Shown here: positions 54,108-62,540 of the stretch, one piece after another
Layout of the letters: each line of letters starts with the position of its first letter
Numbering within the stretch: position 1 is the stretch's first letter
NCBI GenBank assembly: GCA_016177405.1
Contig: JACOVG010000033.1
Location: 41,486 to 105,485, forward strand
DNA: 64,000 nt
Direction: 5' to 3'
From: Candidatus Omnitrophota bacterium
GTDB taxonomy: Bacteria; Omnitrophota; Gorgyraeia; 1-14-0-20-64-10
Translations under genes and position numbers: made by a program
Notes under the pieces: generated by a model
Told to the model about the DNA's origin: nothing
Database searches by the model: none
Seen by the model: the letters and a program-made list of their open reading frames with translations, nothing else

Positions 54108-56903
54108 TTAGCTGCAGCCGGAGGTCGCCCCGCAGTTCATGCACTTGTAGCAGCTTCCGGAACGAACCATCATCGCCCCGCAGTCCGAGCAGGGCGGCGC
54201 GTCCACCTGTCCCTGGAAGGCCTGGCGGCTGGAGATGAGAGCCGAGGTGGTCCCGCTGGTGGCCGAGGGCGTGGTCACATCGGCCTGCTTGGCGGCCAGG
54301 TCGGTCACGGTGGAGGGGGGTGTCGGCTGGGACGCCGCCGGCAGGAACTTGAGCGCCATCCAGCGGAAGAGGTAGTCCAGGATCGATTGGGCGAACCGGA
54401 TCTGCGGGTTGGAGGTGATGCCGGCGGGCTCAAACCGCATGTGGGAGAACTTCTTCACCAGCGCTTCCAGCGGCACGCCGTACTGCAGGGCCAGCGAAAT
54501 CGCCGTGGCGAAGGCGTCCAGAAGCCCGGAGATCACCGTCCCTTCCTTGGACATCACGATGAAGATCTCACCGGGTTTGCCGTCGTCGTAAAGCCCCACC
54601 GTGAGGTAGCCGTCGTGGCCGGCGATGGAGAACTTGTGGGTGATGGCGCTGCGCTCATCGGAGAGGTAGCGGCGTTTGACCTGGCGTTTGCCGCCGGCCG
54701 AAACGCCCTTGCGCTCCTTCTCCTCCGCGGCGGATTCGCCCGGTCCCGCTTTTCCCGTGGACAAGGGCTGGACCTTCTTCGATCCGTCCCGGTAGATGGC
54801 GATCGCCTTGACGCCGATCTTCCAGGCCTGAAGGTAGGTTTCCATGATCTCTTCGGTGGTGGCCTGGGCGGGCACGTTGACCGTTTTCGAGATGGCCCCG
54901 CTGATGAAGGGTTGGACCGCTCCCATCATCCGGACGTGGCCCAGGTAATGGATGGAGCGGGTTCCCCGGGCGGCCTTGAAGGCGCAGTCGAAGACCGGAA
55001 GAAACTTGGGATCCAGCCCCGGCGCTCCCTCGATGGTCTCTTCCCGGTTCAGGTAATCGCAGACCGCCTTCGCTTGGGACTCCGCAAGCCCAAGCTTCTT
55101 CAAGGCGCGGGGGACGGTTTGGTTGACGATCTTCATCAGCCCGCCGCCCACCAGCTTCTTGTACTTGATGAGCGCGATGTCCGGCTCCACCCCGGTGGTG
55201 TCGCAGTCCATCATGAAGCCGATGGTCCCGGTCGGCGCCAGCACCGTGACCTGGGAATTCCGCACGCCGTTGGCCTGCCCCAAACGGAGGGCCTCCTCCC
55301 AGGTGTGGGCGGCGGCGGCAAAGAGATCCCTGGGCACCAGGCGGTCGTCCACCTGAATCAGGGCGTCCCGGTGCATCCGGATGACGGCGAGCTGGGGCTC
55401 CCGGTTCTTGGCAAAGCCGGCGTAGGGGCCCTTGACCCCGGCGATCTCGGTGGAGGTCCGGTAGGATTCCCCGCACAGGAGGGCGGTGACGGTGGCGGCA
55501 TAGGCGCGCCCCTCGTCGGAATCGTACGGCAGTGAAAGGGACATGAGGAGGGCCCCCAGGTTCGCGTAGCCCAGGCCCAGCTCCCGGAAGCTCTTGGCGT
55601 TCTCGGTGATCTTCGGGGTGGGGTAGGAGGAGTTGTCCACGATGATGTCCATGGCGATGGTGAGGGTGCGGACCGCCGCTTGGAAATCGGCGATCAGGAA
55701 ACGGTCCTCCTCATCCAGGAACTTCATCAGGTTCAAGCTCGCCAGGTTGCAGGCCGAATTGTCCAGGTGCATGTATTCGCTGCAGGGGTTGCTGGCGTTG
55801 ATCCGGCCGGTCGCGGGGCAGGTGTGCCACCGGTTGATGGTGGTGTCGAACTGCATCCCCGGATCGCCGCAGTGCCAGGTGGCCTCGGCGATGAGATGCA
55901 GGAGCTCCCGGGCCGAGACCGTCTTCATGGGCTGGCCGCTGGTGGCGGCCTTGAGCTCCCAGGGCTTGTCCTGGAGGGCCGCCTCCATGAAGGCGTCGGT
56001 GGCCCGGACCGAGTTGTTCGCGTTCTGGAAGAAGACGCTCGAGTAGGCCTCCCCATCGAGCGAGGAATCGTAGCCGGAATCGACCAGCGTCCAGGCCTTC
56101 CTCTCCTCCTGCCATTTGCAGCGGATGAACTTCTCGATGTCCGGGTGGTCGGCGTTCAGCACCACCATCTTGGCGGCCCGGCGGGTTTTTCCGCCGGACT
56201 TGATCACGCCGGCGGAGGCGTCCGCCGCCTTCATGAAGGAAACCGGCCCCGAGGCGGTGCCTCCGCCGGCCAGGCGCTCTTCGCTGGACCTAATCGGCGA
56301 GAGATTCACCCCGGAGCCGGAGCCGTACTTGAAGATCATCCCCTCCACCTTGTACCACTCGAGGATCGACTCCATCGTGTCGTCCACCGACAGGATGAAG
56401 CAAGCGCTGCACTGGGGGCGCGGCTCGATGCCGACGTTGAACCAGACCGGCGAGTTGAAGCTGGCCCGCTGGGTCAGCAGGAGATGCGCCAGCTCCGCGC
56501 GGAAACTCTCCGTGTCCTGCGCTCCGGCGAAATAACCGTCCTGGATTCCCCATTGGGTGATGGTGTTGACGACGCGGCCGATCAACTGCTTGGCCGAGCG
56601 CTCCCGCTTGGGGCTGCCCAGCTGGCCGCGGAAGTATTTGGAGGCGACGACGTTGGTGGCGGTTTGAGACCAGGGGGAGGGGACCTCCACCTGGGTTTGC
56701 TCGAAGACCGTCTCCCCGTGCTCGTTCACAATGGAGGCGGTCCGAAGCTCCCACGTCAACTCCCGGTAAGGGTCGGCCTCCGGCGCGGTGAAGTGCCGCG
56801 GCACCGCCAGCCCCGTCAAGGAGGCGAGGTCCGGCTGATGGGAATCATCGGAATTGCCGTGGATGGCGCGCTCCATCTCGAAGGTTTCTTTTTCCTTGGG
56901 CAT
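54108..56903 (-). CDS. nrdJ: Class II (adenosylcobalamin-dependent) ribonucleotide reductase
   Basis: FNSPVWFN, QCSACFI, ASNPCSEY, ACNLASLN, APTGTI, YRDGSK, TSCPD-like region and a C-terminal Zn ribbon ending GCS. Confidence 0.95.
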   Translation of the reverse strand: MPKEKETFEMERAIHGNSDDSHQPDLASLTGLAVPRHFTAPEADPYRELTWELRTASIVNEHGETVFEQTQVEVPSPWSQTATNVVASKYFRGQLGSPKRERSAKQLIGRVVNTITQWGIQDGYFAGAQDTESFRAELAHLLLTQRASFNSPVWFNVGIEPRPQCSACFILSVDDTMESILEWYKVEGMIFKYGSGSGVNLSPIRSSEERLAGGGTASGPVSFMKAADASAGVIKSGGKTRRAAKMVVLNADHPDIEKFIRCKWQEERKAWTLVDSGYDSSLDGEAYSSVFFQNANNSVRATDAFMEAALQDKPWELKAATSGQPMKTVSARELLHLIAEATWHCGDPGMQFDTTINRWHTCPATGRINASNPCSEYMHLDNSACNLASLNLMKFLDEEDRFLIADFQAAVRTLTIAMDIIVDNSSYPTPKITENAKSFRELGLGYANLGALLMSLSLPYDSDEGRAYAATVTALLCGESYRTSTEIAGVKGPYAGFAKNREPQLAVIRMHRDALIQVDDRLVPRDLFAAAAHTWEEALRLGQANGVRNSQVTVLAPTGTIGFMMDCDTTGVEPDIALIKYKKLVGGGLMKIVNQTVPRALKKLGLAESQAKAVCDYLNREETIEGAPGLDPKFLPVFDCAFKAARGTRSIHYLGHVRMMGAVQPFISGAISKTVNVPAQATTEEIMETYLQAWKIGVKAIAIYRDGSKKVQPLSTGKAGPGESAAEEKERKGVSAGGKRQVKRRYLSDERSAITHKFSIAGHDGYLTVGLYDDGKPGEIFIVMSKEGTVISGLLDAFATAISLALQYGVPLEALVKKFSHMRFEPAGITSNPQIRFAQSILDYLFRWMALKFLPAASQPTPPSTVTDLAAKQADVTTPSATSGTTSALISSRQAFQGQVDAPPCSDCGAMMVRSGSCYKCMNCGATSGCS

Positions 56904-57013
56904 CCCACCCTCCCGTCTTAAAGAGATGGCGACAATACACCGTCACCAAAGAGTTCGACTCAAAAGAGAACGCGCTACCTTGAAACCTGCCCTGGGAATC
57001 TTGCGGACAACCG

Positions 57014-57142
57014 CTCGTGGGGGGTAAGCTTCCCTCGGGGAGCTTGAGGAATGAAGCCAACCTGTTTGATCAACCGCGGGGACCTCATCGGCCTAATTTC
57101 CTTAGACCAAGGAGGGCCTCCGGAACACCCCCCCGCCACAAG
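57014..57142 (-). ncRNA. Candidate structured RNA in the nrdJ 5' leader
   Basis: Minus strand: basal G-rich/C-rich stem enclosing hairpins GGUCUAA/UUAGGCC, GAUGAGGUC/GGCUUCAUU and AAGCUCCC/GGGAAGCUU. Confidence 0.4.
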
Positions 57143-57151
57143 ATCTTGAGG
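57136..57151. promoter_or_regulatory. Putative NrdR box
   Basis: CCACAAGATCTTGAGG resembles the acaCwAtATaTwGtgt consensus and lies just downstream of a minus-strand TTGACA-18-TACAAA promoter. Confidence 0.55.
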
Positions 57152-57220
57152 GCAGTTGCCTTTGTACCGCAACTGCTCGTGTTTTGTCAAGATCAAAATT
57201 CCCGGGTATAATGATCCCTG

Positions 57221-57802
57221 ATGACCTCTCTGACCCGTGTGGCGCTGAAGGAATGGGCCGTGGTGGTGGAGGCCCTGGGGACCGGAGAACAGCTTCTCCT
57301 CTTCCGGAAAGGGGGGATCCGGGACCCGAAGGGAACCTTCCAGCTTCAGCACCCGGAGTTTCTCCTTTACCCCACCTGGGAGCACCAGACCGAAGACTCC
57401 CTGGCCGCCATCCGGCCGGAGTTCCGGGAGCGTTTCAAGAGCACTCTGGCCGGGGCGGCCCATCCGGCCCAGATCGCTTTCAAGATTTATGCCGGGACGG
57501 CCTTTTGCGCCGAGGTTCGAAGCGCCCGCCAGATGGAGGGCCTTGAAAAATACCACCTCTGGACGCCGCGGTTCTTTGAAGAGCGCCTGAAGTACCGCCC
57601 GGCCGCCCCCACGGTGGTGGTGGTCCTGCGGGCCTACCGGCTGAAGGCGCCGGTCCCTCATCCGGCCCTGCCCGAATATGCCGGCTGCAAATCGTGGGTT
57701 CCCCTCGCGGAGGGGATCTCCATCGAGGGGGCGGAGCCGGTGGTGGAGAACCGGAAATTTCGGGACGCCCTCAACGACATCAACAGCCGGCTTCAGCGGT
57801 AA
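57221..57802 (+). CDS. DUF1802 family protein
   Basis: ALKEWAVVVEALGTG, RKGGI, FLLYPT.EHQ, YAGCKSW. Confidence 0.88.
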   Translation: MTSLTRVALKEWAVVVEALGTGEQLLLFRKGGIRDPKGTFQLQHPEFLLYPTWEHQTEDSLAAIRPEFRERFKSTLAGAAHPAQIAFKIYAGTAFCAEVRSARQMEGLEKYHLWTPRFFEERLKYRPAAPTVVVVLRAYRLKAPVPHPALPEYAGCKSWVPLAEGISIEGAEPVVENRKFRDALNDINSRLQR

Positions 57803-57898
57803 GGGCCGGCCTCGTTGAACCGCCGCGAGATCTGTGGTAACCTTCTATAAAGCAAGGGGCGGTAACAGCTCCTTGCTTTTCGTGTCTTAAAGGAAACC

Positions 57899-60800
57899 AT
57901 GACGAAAACACTTTGGCGGCCCGAGTTTGAGCACGATGCCTGCGGGGTCGGCTTCATTGCCGACGTTTCCGGGCGTCCCAGCCATCGGATCCTCCGGCTG
58001 GGCCTGCAGGGGGTCTGTTGCGTCACCCACCGGGGGGCGGTCTCGGCGGACGCCAAGACCGGAGACGGGGCCGGCGTCCTGACCCAGATCCCGCGCAAGC
58101 TCTTTGCCCGGGAGCTGGAGCGGCTGGGGCACGCCAAGGCGGACGTCAACGACCTGGCCGTGGGGATCTTCTTCCTTCCGCAGGATCCGGCTTCCCGCTC
58201 GGCGGCCAAGGGGATCGTGGACCGGATTGTCCGGGAGAAGGGGCTTCCTCTATATGGATGGCGGGAGGTGCCGGTGAACCCGGATGTCCTGGGAGACAAG
58301 GCCCTCTCCACCATGCCGGTGATCCAGCACTTGCTGGCGGGCCGGCCCGGCAAGGTTCCCCTGGAGGATTTCGAGCGGCACCTCTATTACACGAGGCGCC
58401 TCATCGAGAAGGCCTTCGCCCAGGCTCGCCTGGACAACTGCTACATCCCCTCCTTCTCGGCGCGCACCATCGTTTACAAGGGGCTCTTGGTGGCGCCCCA
58501 GCTCGCCCGCTTCTACGAGGACCTGACCGACCCGGCCTTTGAGACGGCCATCGCCCTCTTTCATCAGCGTTACTCCACCAACACCTTCCCGAACTGGGTC
58601 CTGGCGCAGCCCTTCCGGTATCTGGGCCACAACGGAGAGATCAACACCCTCCTGGGCAACCGCAACTGGATGCGGGCGCGCGAGCCCGAGCTGAAATCGC
58701 CCGTCTGGGGGGACCGGGTTCAGGATCTGGTCCCGATCATCCAGCCCGGCGGCTCCGACTCGGCGATGCTGGACAACGCGCTGGAGCTCCTGACCAACTC
58801 CGGCTACAGCCTCCTCAAGGCCATGACGATCCTGGTTCCGGAGGCCTGGCAGAACATGCCGGGAATGGAGCCCAAGGTGAAGGCCTTCTTCGAATTTCAA
58901 GCCTGCCTGTCGGAGCCGTGGGACGGGCCGGCGGCGCTCGCCGTCACCGACGGGGTCGTGGCGGCGGCCGCCCTGGACCGCAACGGCTTGCGGCCGGCCC
59001 GCTACAAGGTGACCCGCGACGGCTTGGTGGTGGTCGGCTCGGAGGTGGGTATCGTGGACCTGGACGACTCCCAGGTGATCGAGGCCGGCCGGCTGGGCCC
59101 CGGCAAGATGATCGCGGTGGACACCCAGCGCCAGAAACTCCTCCGGGACGAAGAGATCAAGCACGAGCTGGCGGTGCGCCACCCGTACCCGGTCTGGATC
59201 AAGGACCAGGTGCTTCGGGCCGACATCCTCAAGCTCAACGAAGGCAAGCCGCCGGTGGAGATGCCGGGCACCGATGATTCCGTTCTCATCCGAACCCTGA
59301 AGGGCTTCGGGCTGACCCAGGAGGATCTTCAGTTCATCGTCAAGGCGATGGCCGAAACCGGCAAGGAACCGGTCGGCTCGATGGGCGACGACGCCCCCCT
59401 GGCGATCCTTTCCACCAAGCCCAGGGTCATCTCCACCTACTTCAAACAGCTCTTTGCCCAGGTGACCAACCCGGCGATCGATCCCCTGCGGGAGAAGCTT
59501 GTCATGTCGCTCAACACCGCCCTGGGGCCCCGCGGCTCCATGCTGGAGGAGACTCCCCAGCATGCCAAGTGGGTGAAGTTCGGCTCGCCCGTTTTGACCC
59601 GCCCCGAGCTCCAATGGGTGGAGGGCCTGGCCGATCCCGCCTTCCGTTCGGCCCGGATCGAAACCCTCTTTCCGGTGAGCGCCGGCGTGGAAGGGCTGCG
59701 CCGGGCGATCCGCCGGCTGTGCGACGAGGCCGCCTCCGCCGTGGACGCCGGAAAGACAATCCTGATCCTCACCGATAAGGGAATGGATCCCCGGCGCGCC
59801 GCGATCCCCATGCCGCTGGCGGTGGGGGCGGTGCACCACAGCCTGATCCGGCAGGGCAAGCGGATGAGGGCCTCGATCGTCTGCGAGACCGGCCAGGTCT
59901 GGGACATTCACCATTACGCCCTTCTGATCGGCTTCGGGGCGGCGGCCATTCACCCGTACGCCGCTTTCCGGGCGATCGCCTGGCAAGCGGAGACCGGAGG
60001 CCTGAAGGCGGTTACCCCGGAAGCGGCCTTCGCCAACTACAAGAAATCGGTCGAGGACGGAATCCTCAAGATCATGTCCAAGATGGGGATCTCCTGCGTC
60101 TCGAGCTACCGGGGGGCGCAGATCTTCGAGGCGATCGGTCTGAACGAGGAGGTCGTGGAGACCTGCTTCGCCGGAACCACCTCCAGAATCGGCGGGGTGG
60201 GCTTCGAGTGGCTGGCGCGGGACGTCTTGGCCTTTCACGCGGCGGCCTTCGAGCCCGGCGGAACGCCCCAGCTCGACCCGGGCGGGTTTTACCGTTTCCG
60301 GCGGGACGGCGAGCTGCATGCCTTTAACCCGGCGGTTCTGGACGCCCTGCACACCGCGGTCCACACCGGCGAGTGGTCCGACTACGAAAAGTACGCCGAG
60401 CTGGTGAACGCCCGGGAGCCGATCTGCTTGAGGGACCTGCTGGATTTCGCGGAATCCCCGCGGCCGGTCCCGCTGGCGGAGGTGGAGCCGGTCGAGAAGA
60501 TCCGGAAGCGCTTCTGCACCGCGGCGATGTCGTACGGGGCGCTCTCCAAGGAGACCCACGAGTGTTTGGCCGTGGCGATGAACCGGATCGGCGGCAAGTC
60601 GAACTCCGGCGAGGGCGGCGAGGACCCGGCCCGCTTCAAGCCCCTGCCCAACGGCGATTCGGCCTGCAGCGCCATCAAGCAGGTCGCCTCCGGACGCTTC
60701 GGGGTGACCCCGGAATATCTGGCCTCGGCCCGCGAGCTTGAGATCAAGATCGCCCAGGGTTCCAAGCCGGGCGAGGGGGGCCAGCTCCCGGGCCACAAGG

Positions 60801-62422
60801 TTTCCGAGGACATCGCCCGGGTGCGGCATTCCGTGCCCGGGGTGACCCTCATCTCGCCGCCCCCGCACCACGACATCTACTCGATCGAGGATTTGGCCCA
60901 GCTCATCTACGACCTGAAGCAGGCCAACGCGAAGGCCGGGGTCTGCGTGAAGCTGGTTTCCGAGGCCGGGGTCGGGACGATCGCCGCCGGGGTGGCCAAG
61001 GGGTATGCCGACGTGGTCCACATCGCCGGGCACGACGGCGGAACCGGGGCGAGCCCGATCTCCTCCATCAAGAACGCGGGCGCGCCCTGGGAGCTGGGGC
61101 TGGCGGAGACCCAGCAGGTTCTGGTGATGAACGACCTGCGCTCCCGAATCACGGTCCGGACCGACGGCGGAATGAAGACCGGCCGGGACATCGTGAAGGC
61201 GGCCCTCCTGGGGGCCGAGTCGTACAACTTTGGCACCGCGGCCCTGGTGGCGGCCGGCTGCTGCATGGTCCGGCAGTGCCACCTCAACACCTGCCCGGTC
61301 GGCGTGGCGACCCAGGACCCGAAGCTGCGCGCCAAATTCAAAAGCCCGCCGGATCTGGTGGTGAACTTCTTCACCTTTGTGGCCGAGGAGATCCGCCGGA
61401 TCCTGGCCTCGTTGGGCTGCCGGACGCTGGAGGAGGTGGTGGGCCGGGTGGATCTCCTGAAGGTCAAGCCGAAGGCGCTGGCGCATCCCAAGTGGTCCAC
61501 GATCGACTGGTCCATGCTCCTGGCCGATCCGGACCCGACCGGCCAGCGTCCCAAGCGGTGCCTGACCGGGCGCAACGACCGGGAGGGGGACACGCCGCTC
61601 GATTTCCAGATCTTGAAGGAGGCCACCCCAGCCCTGGAGGGCAGGGGCCGGGTCACCCTGCGCTTTCCCGTAAAGAACCATCAGCGGACCGTCGGGGCCC
61701 GGCTTTCCTATGAGATCGCCTGCCGGTACGGCGACGCCGGATTGCCCGGCGGTTCGGCCATCGAGGTGCAGTTGGCTGGCTCGGCCGGGCAGTCGCTGGG
61801 GGCCTTCCTCATCAACGGCGTGCGGCTCATCTTGACCGGCGACGCCAACGATTACGTGGGCAAGGGGATGCACGGCGGCGAGATCGTGATCAAACCCAGC
61901 CCGCGCGTTCCGGCCAAAGCCGAGGAGCTGGTCTTGATCGGCAACACCTGCCTCTACGGCGCCACCGGCGGCACCCTTTACGTGAACGGCAAAGCCGGCG
62001 AGCGCTTCTGCGTGCGCAACTCCGGCGGCCGGGCCGTCGTCGAGGGCTCCGGCGACCACAGCTGTGAGTACATGACCGGCGGGGTGGCGGTGTTCCTGGG
62101 AGCCACCGGCCGCAACTTCGGCGCCGGCATGACCGGAGGCCTGGCCTTTGTCCTGGACAGCGAAGGGACCTTTTCCCAGCGCCTCAATCCGGCCCTGGTG
62201 GAGCTTCACCGGGTGGAAGATCCGGAGGAGGAAGATCTGCTCAAGGCGATGATCCTCCGGCACGCGGAGCTCACCGGAAGCGCCAGGGCCAAGGAGATTC
62301 TGGCCGGCTGGTCCGCGATCCTGCCGGTCTTTTGGAAGGTCTCTCCTAAGAAAGAGGTCGTCAAGCTCGAGGCGGCCGTCGGCACCCCCAAGGAAGCGAT
62401 CCAGGCCCCGCCAGCTCGTTAA
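57899..62422 (+). CDS. gltB: Glutamate synthase large subunit
   Basis: HDACGVGF (Ntn Cys), HQRYSTNT, KIAQGSKPGEGGQLPG, CCMVRQCHLNTC, GXGXG beta-helix. Confidence 0.97.
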   Translation: MTKTLWRPEFEHDACGVGFIADVSGRPSHRILRLGLQGVCCVTHRGAVSADAKTGDGAGVLTQIPRKLFARELERLGHAKADVNDLAVGIFFLPQDPASRSAAKGIVDRIVREKGLPLYGWREVPVNPDVLGDKALSTMPVIQHLLAGRPGKVPLEDFERHLYYTRRLIEKAFAQARLDNCYIPSFSARTIVYKGLLVAPQLARFYEDLTDPAFETAIALFHQRYSTNTFPNWVLAQPFRYLGHNGEINTLLGNRNWMRAREPELKSPVWGDRVQDLVPIIQPGGSDSAMLDNALELLTNSGYSLLKAMTILVPEAWQNMPGMEPKVKAFFEFQACLSEPWDGPAALAVTDGVVAAAALDRNGLRPARYKVTRDGLVVVGSEVGIVDLDDSQVIEAGRLGPGKMIAVDTQRQKLLRDEEIKHELAVRHPYPVWIKDQVLRADILKLNEGKPPVEMPGTDDSVLIRTLKGFGLTQEDLQFIVKAMAETGKEPVGSMGDDAPLAILSTKPRVISTYFKQLFAQVTNPAIDPLREKLVMSLNTALGPRGSMLEETPQHAKWVKFGSPVLTRPELQWVEGLADPAFRSARIETLFPVSAGVEGLRRAIRRLCDEAASAVDAGKTILILTDKGMDPRRAAIPMPLAVGAVHHSLIRQGKRMRASIVCETGQVWDIHHYALLIGFGAAAIHPYAAFRAIAWQAETGGLKAVTPEAAFANYKKSVEDGILKIMSKMGISCVSSYRGAQIFEAIGLNEEVVETCFAGTTSRIGGVGFEWLARDVLAFHAAAFEPGGTPQLDPGGFYRFRRDGELHAFNPAVLDALHTAVHTGEWSDYEKYAELVNAREPICLRDLLDFAESPRPVPLAEVEPVEKIRKRFCTAAMSYGALSKETHECLAVAMNRIGGKSNSGEGGEDPARFKPLPNGDSACSAIKQVASGRFGVTPEYLASARELEIKIAQGSKPGEGGQLPGHKVSEDIARVRHSVPGVTLISPPPHHDIYSIEDLAQLIYDLKQANAKAGVCVKLVSEAGVGTIAAGVAKGYADVVHIAGHDGGTGASPISSIKNAGAPWELGLAETQQVLVMNDLRSRITVRTDGGMKTGRDIVKAALLGAESYNFGTAALVAAGCCMVRQCHLNTCPVGVATQDPKLRAKFKSPPDLVVNFFTFVAEEIRRILASLGCRTLEEVVGRVDLLKVKPKALAHPKWSTIDWSMLLADPDPTGQRPKRCLTGRNDREGDTPLDFQILKEATPALEGRGRVTLRFPVKNHQRTVGARLSYEIACRYGDAGLPGGSAIEVQLAGSAGQSLGAFLINGVRLILTGDANDYVGKGMHGGEIVIKPSPRVPAKAEELVLIGNTCLYGATGGTLYVNGKAGERFCVRNSGGRAVVEGSGDHSCEYMTGGVAVFLGATGRNFGAGMTGGLAFVLDSEGTFSQRLNPALVELHRVEDPEEEDLLKAMILRHAELTGSARAKEILAGWSAILPVFWKVSPKKEVVKLEAAVGTPKEAIQAPPAR

Positions 62423-62458
62423 TCGTAGAAAACTTAGATTGAAACAAAAGATTTTACC

Positions 62459-62487
62459 TTGCCGGCAACCCGGAGCTGTGGCATACT
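62459..62487 (+). promoter_or_regulatory. Promoter TTGCCG-17-CATACT
   Basis: 17-bp spacing, AT-rich upstream region. Confidence 0.55.
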
Positions 62488-62496
62488 TCTTGTGCA

Positions 62497-62528
62497 AAAA
62501 GGTGCCGGGATAAATCCTGGCACCTTTT
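62497..62528. repeat. Palindrome, copy 2 (inverted relative to 15284)
   Basis: AAAAGGTGCCGGGAT-AA-ATCCTGGCACCTTTT. The 24-bp core matches copy 1 with one mismatch. Confidence 0.8.
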
Positions 62529-62540
62529 ACTAACCCAACG

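Noticed and set aside
53706-56921. 609-aa and 413-aa plus-strand ORFs
   Set aside because: Antisense to nrdJ and the FNR-like gene.
57155-57180. CCGCAACTG resembling a cobalamin riboswitch core
   Set aside because: Wrong strand for nrdJ, overlaps the promoter spacer, and other B12-element parts are missing.
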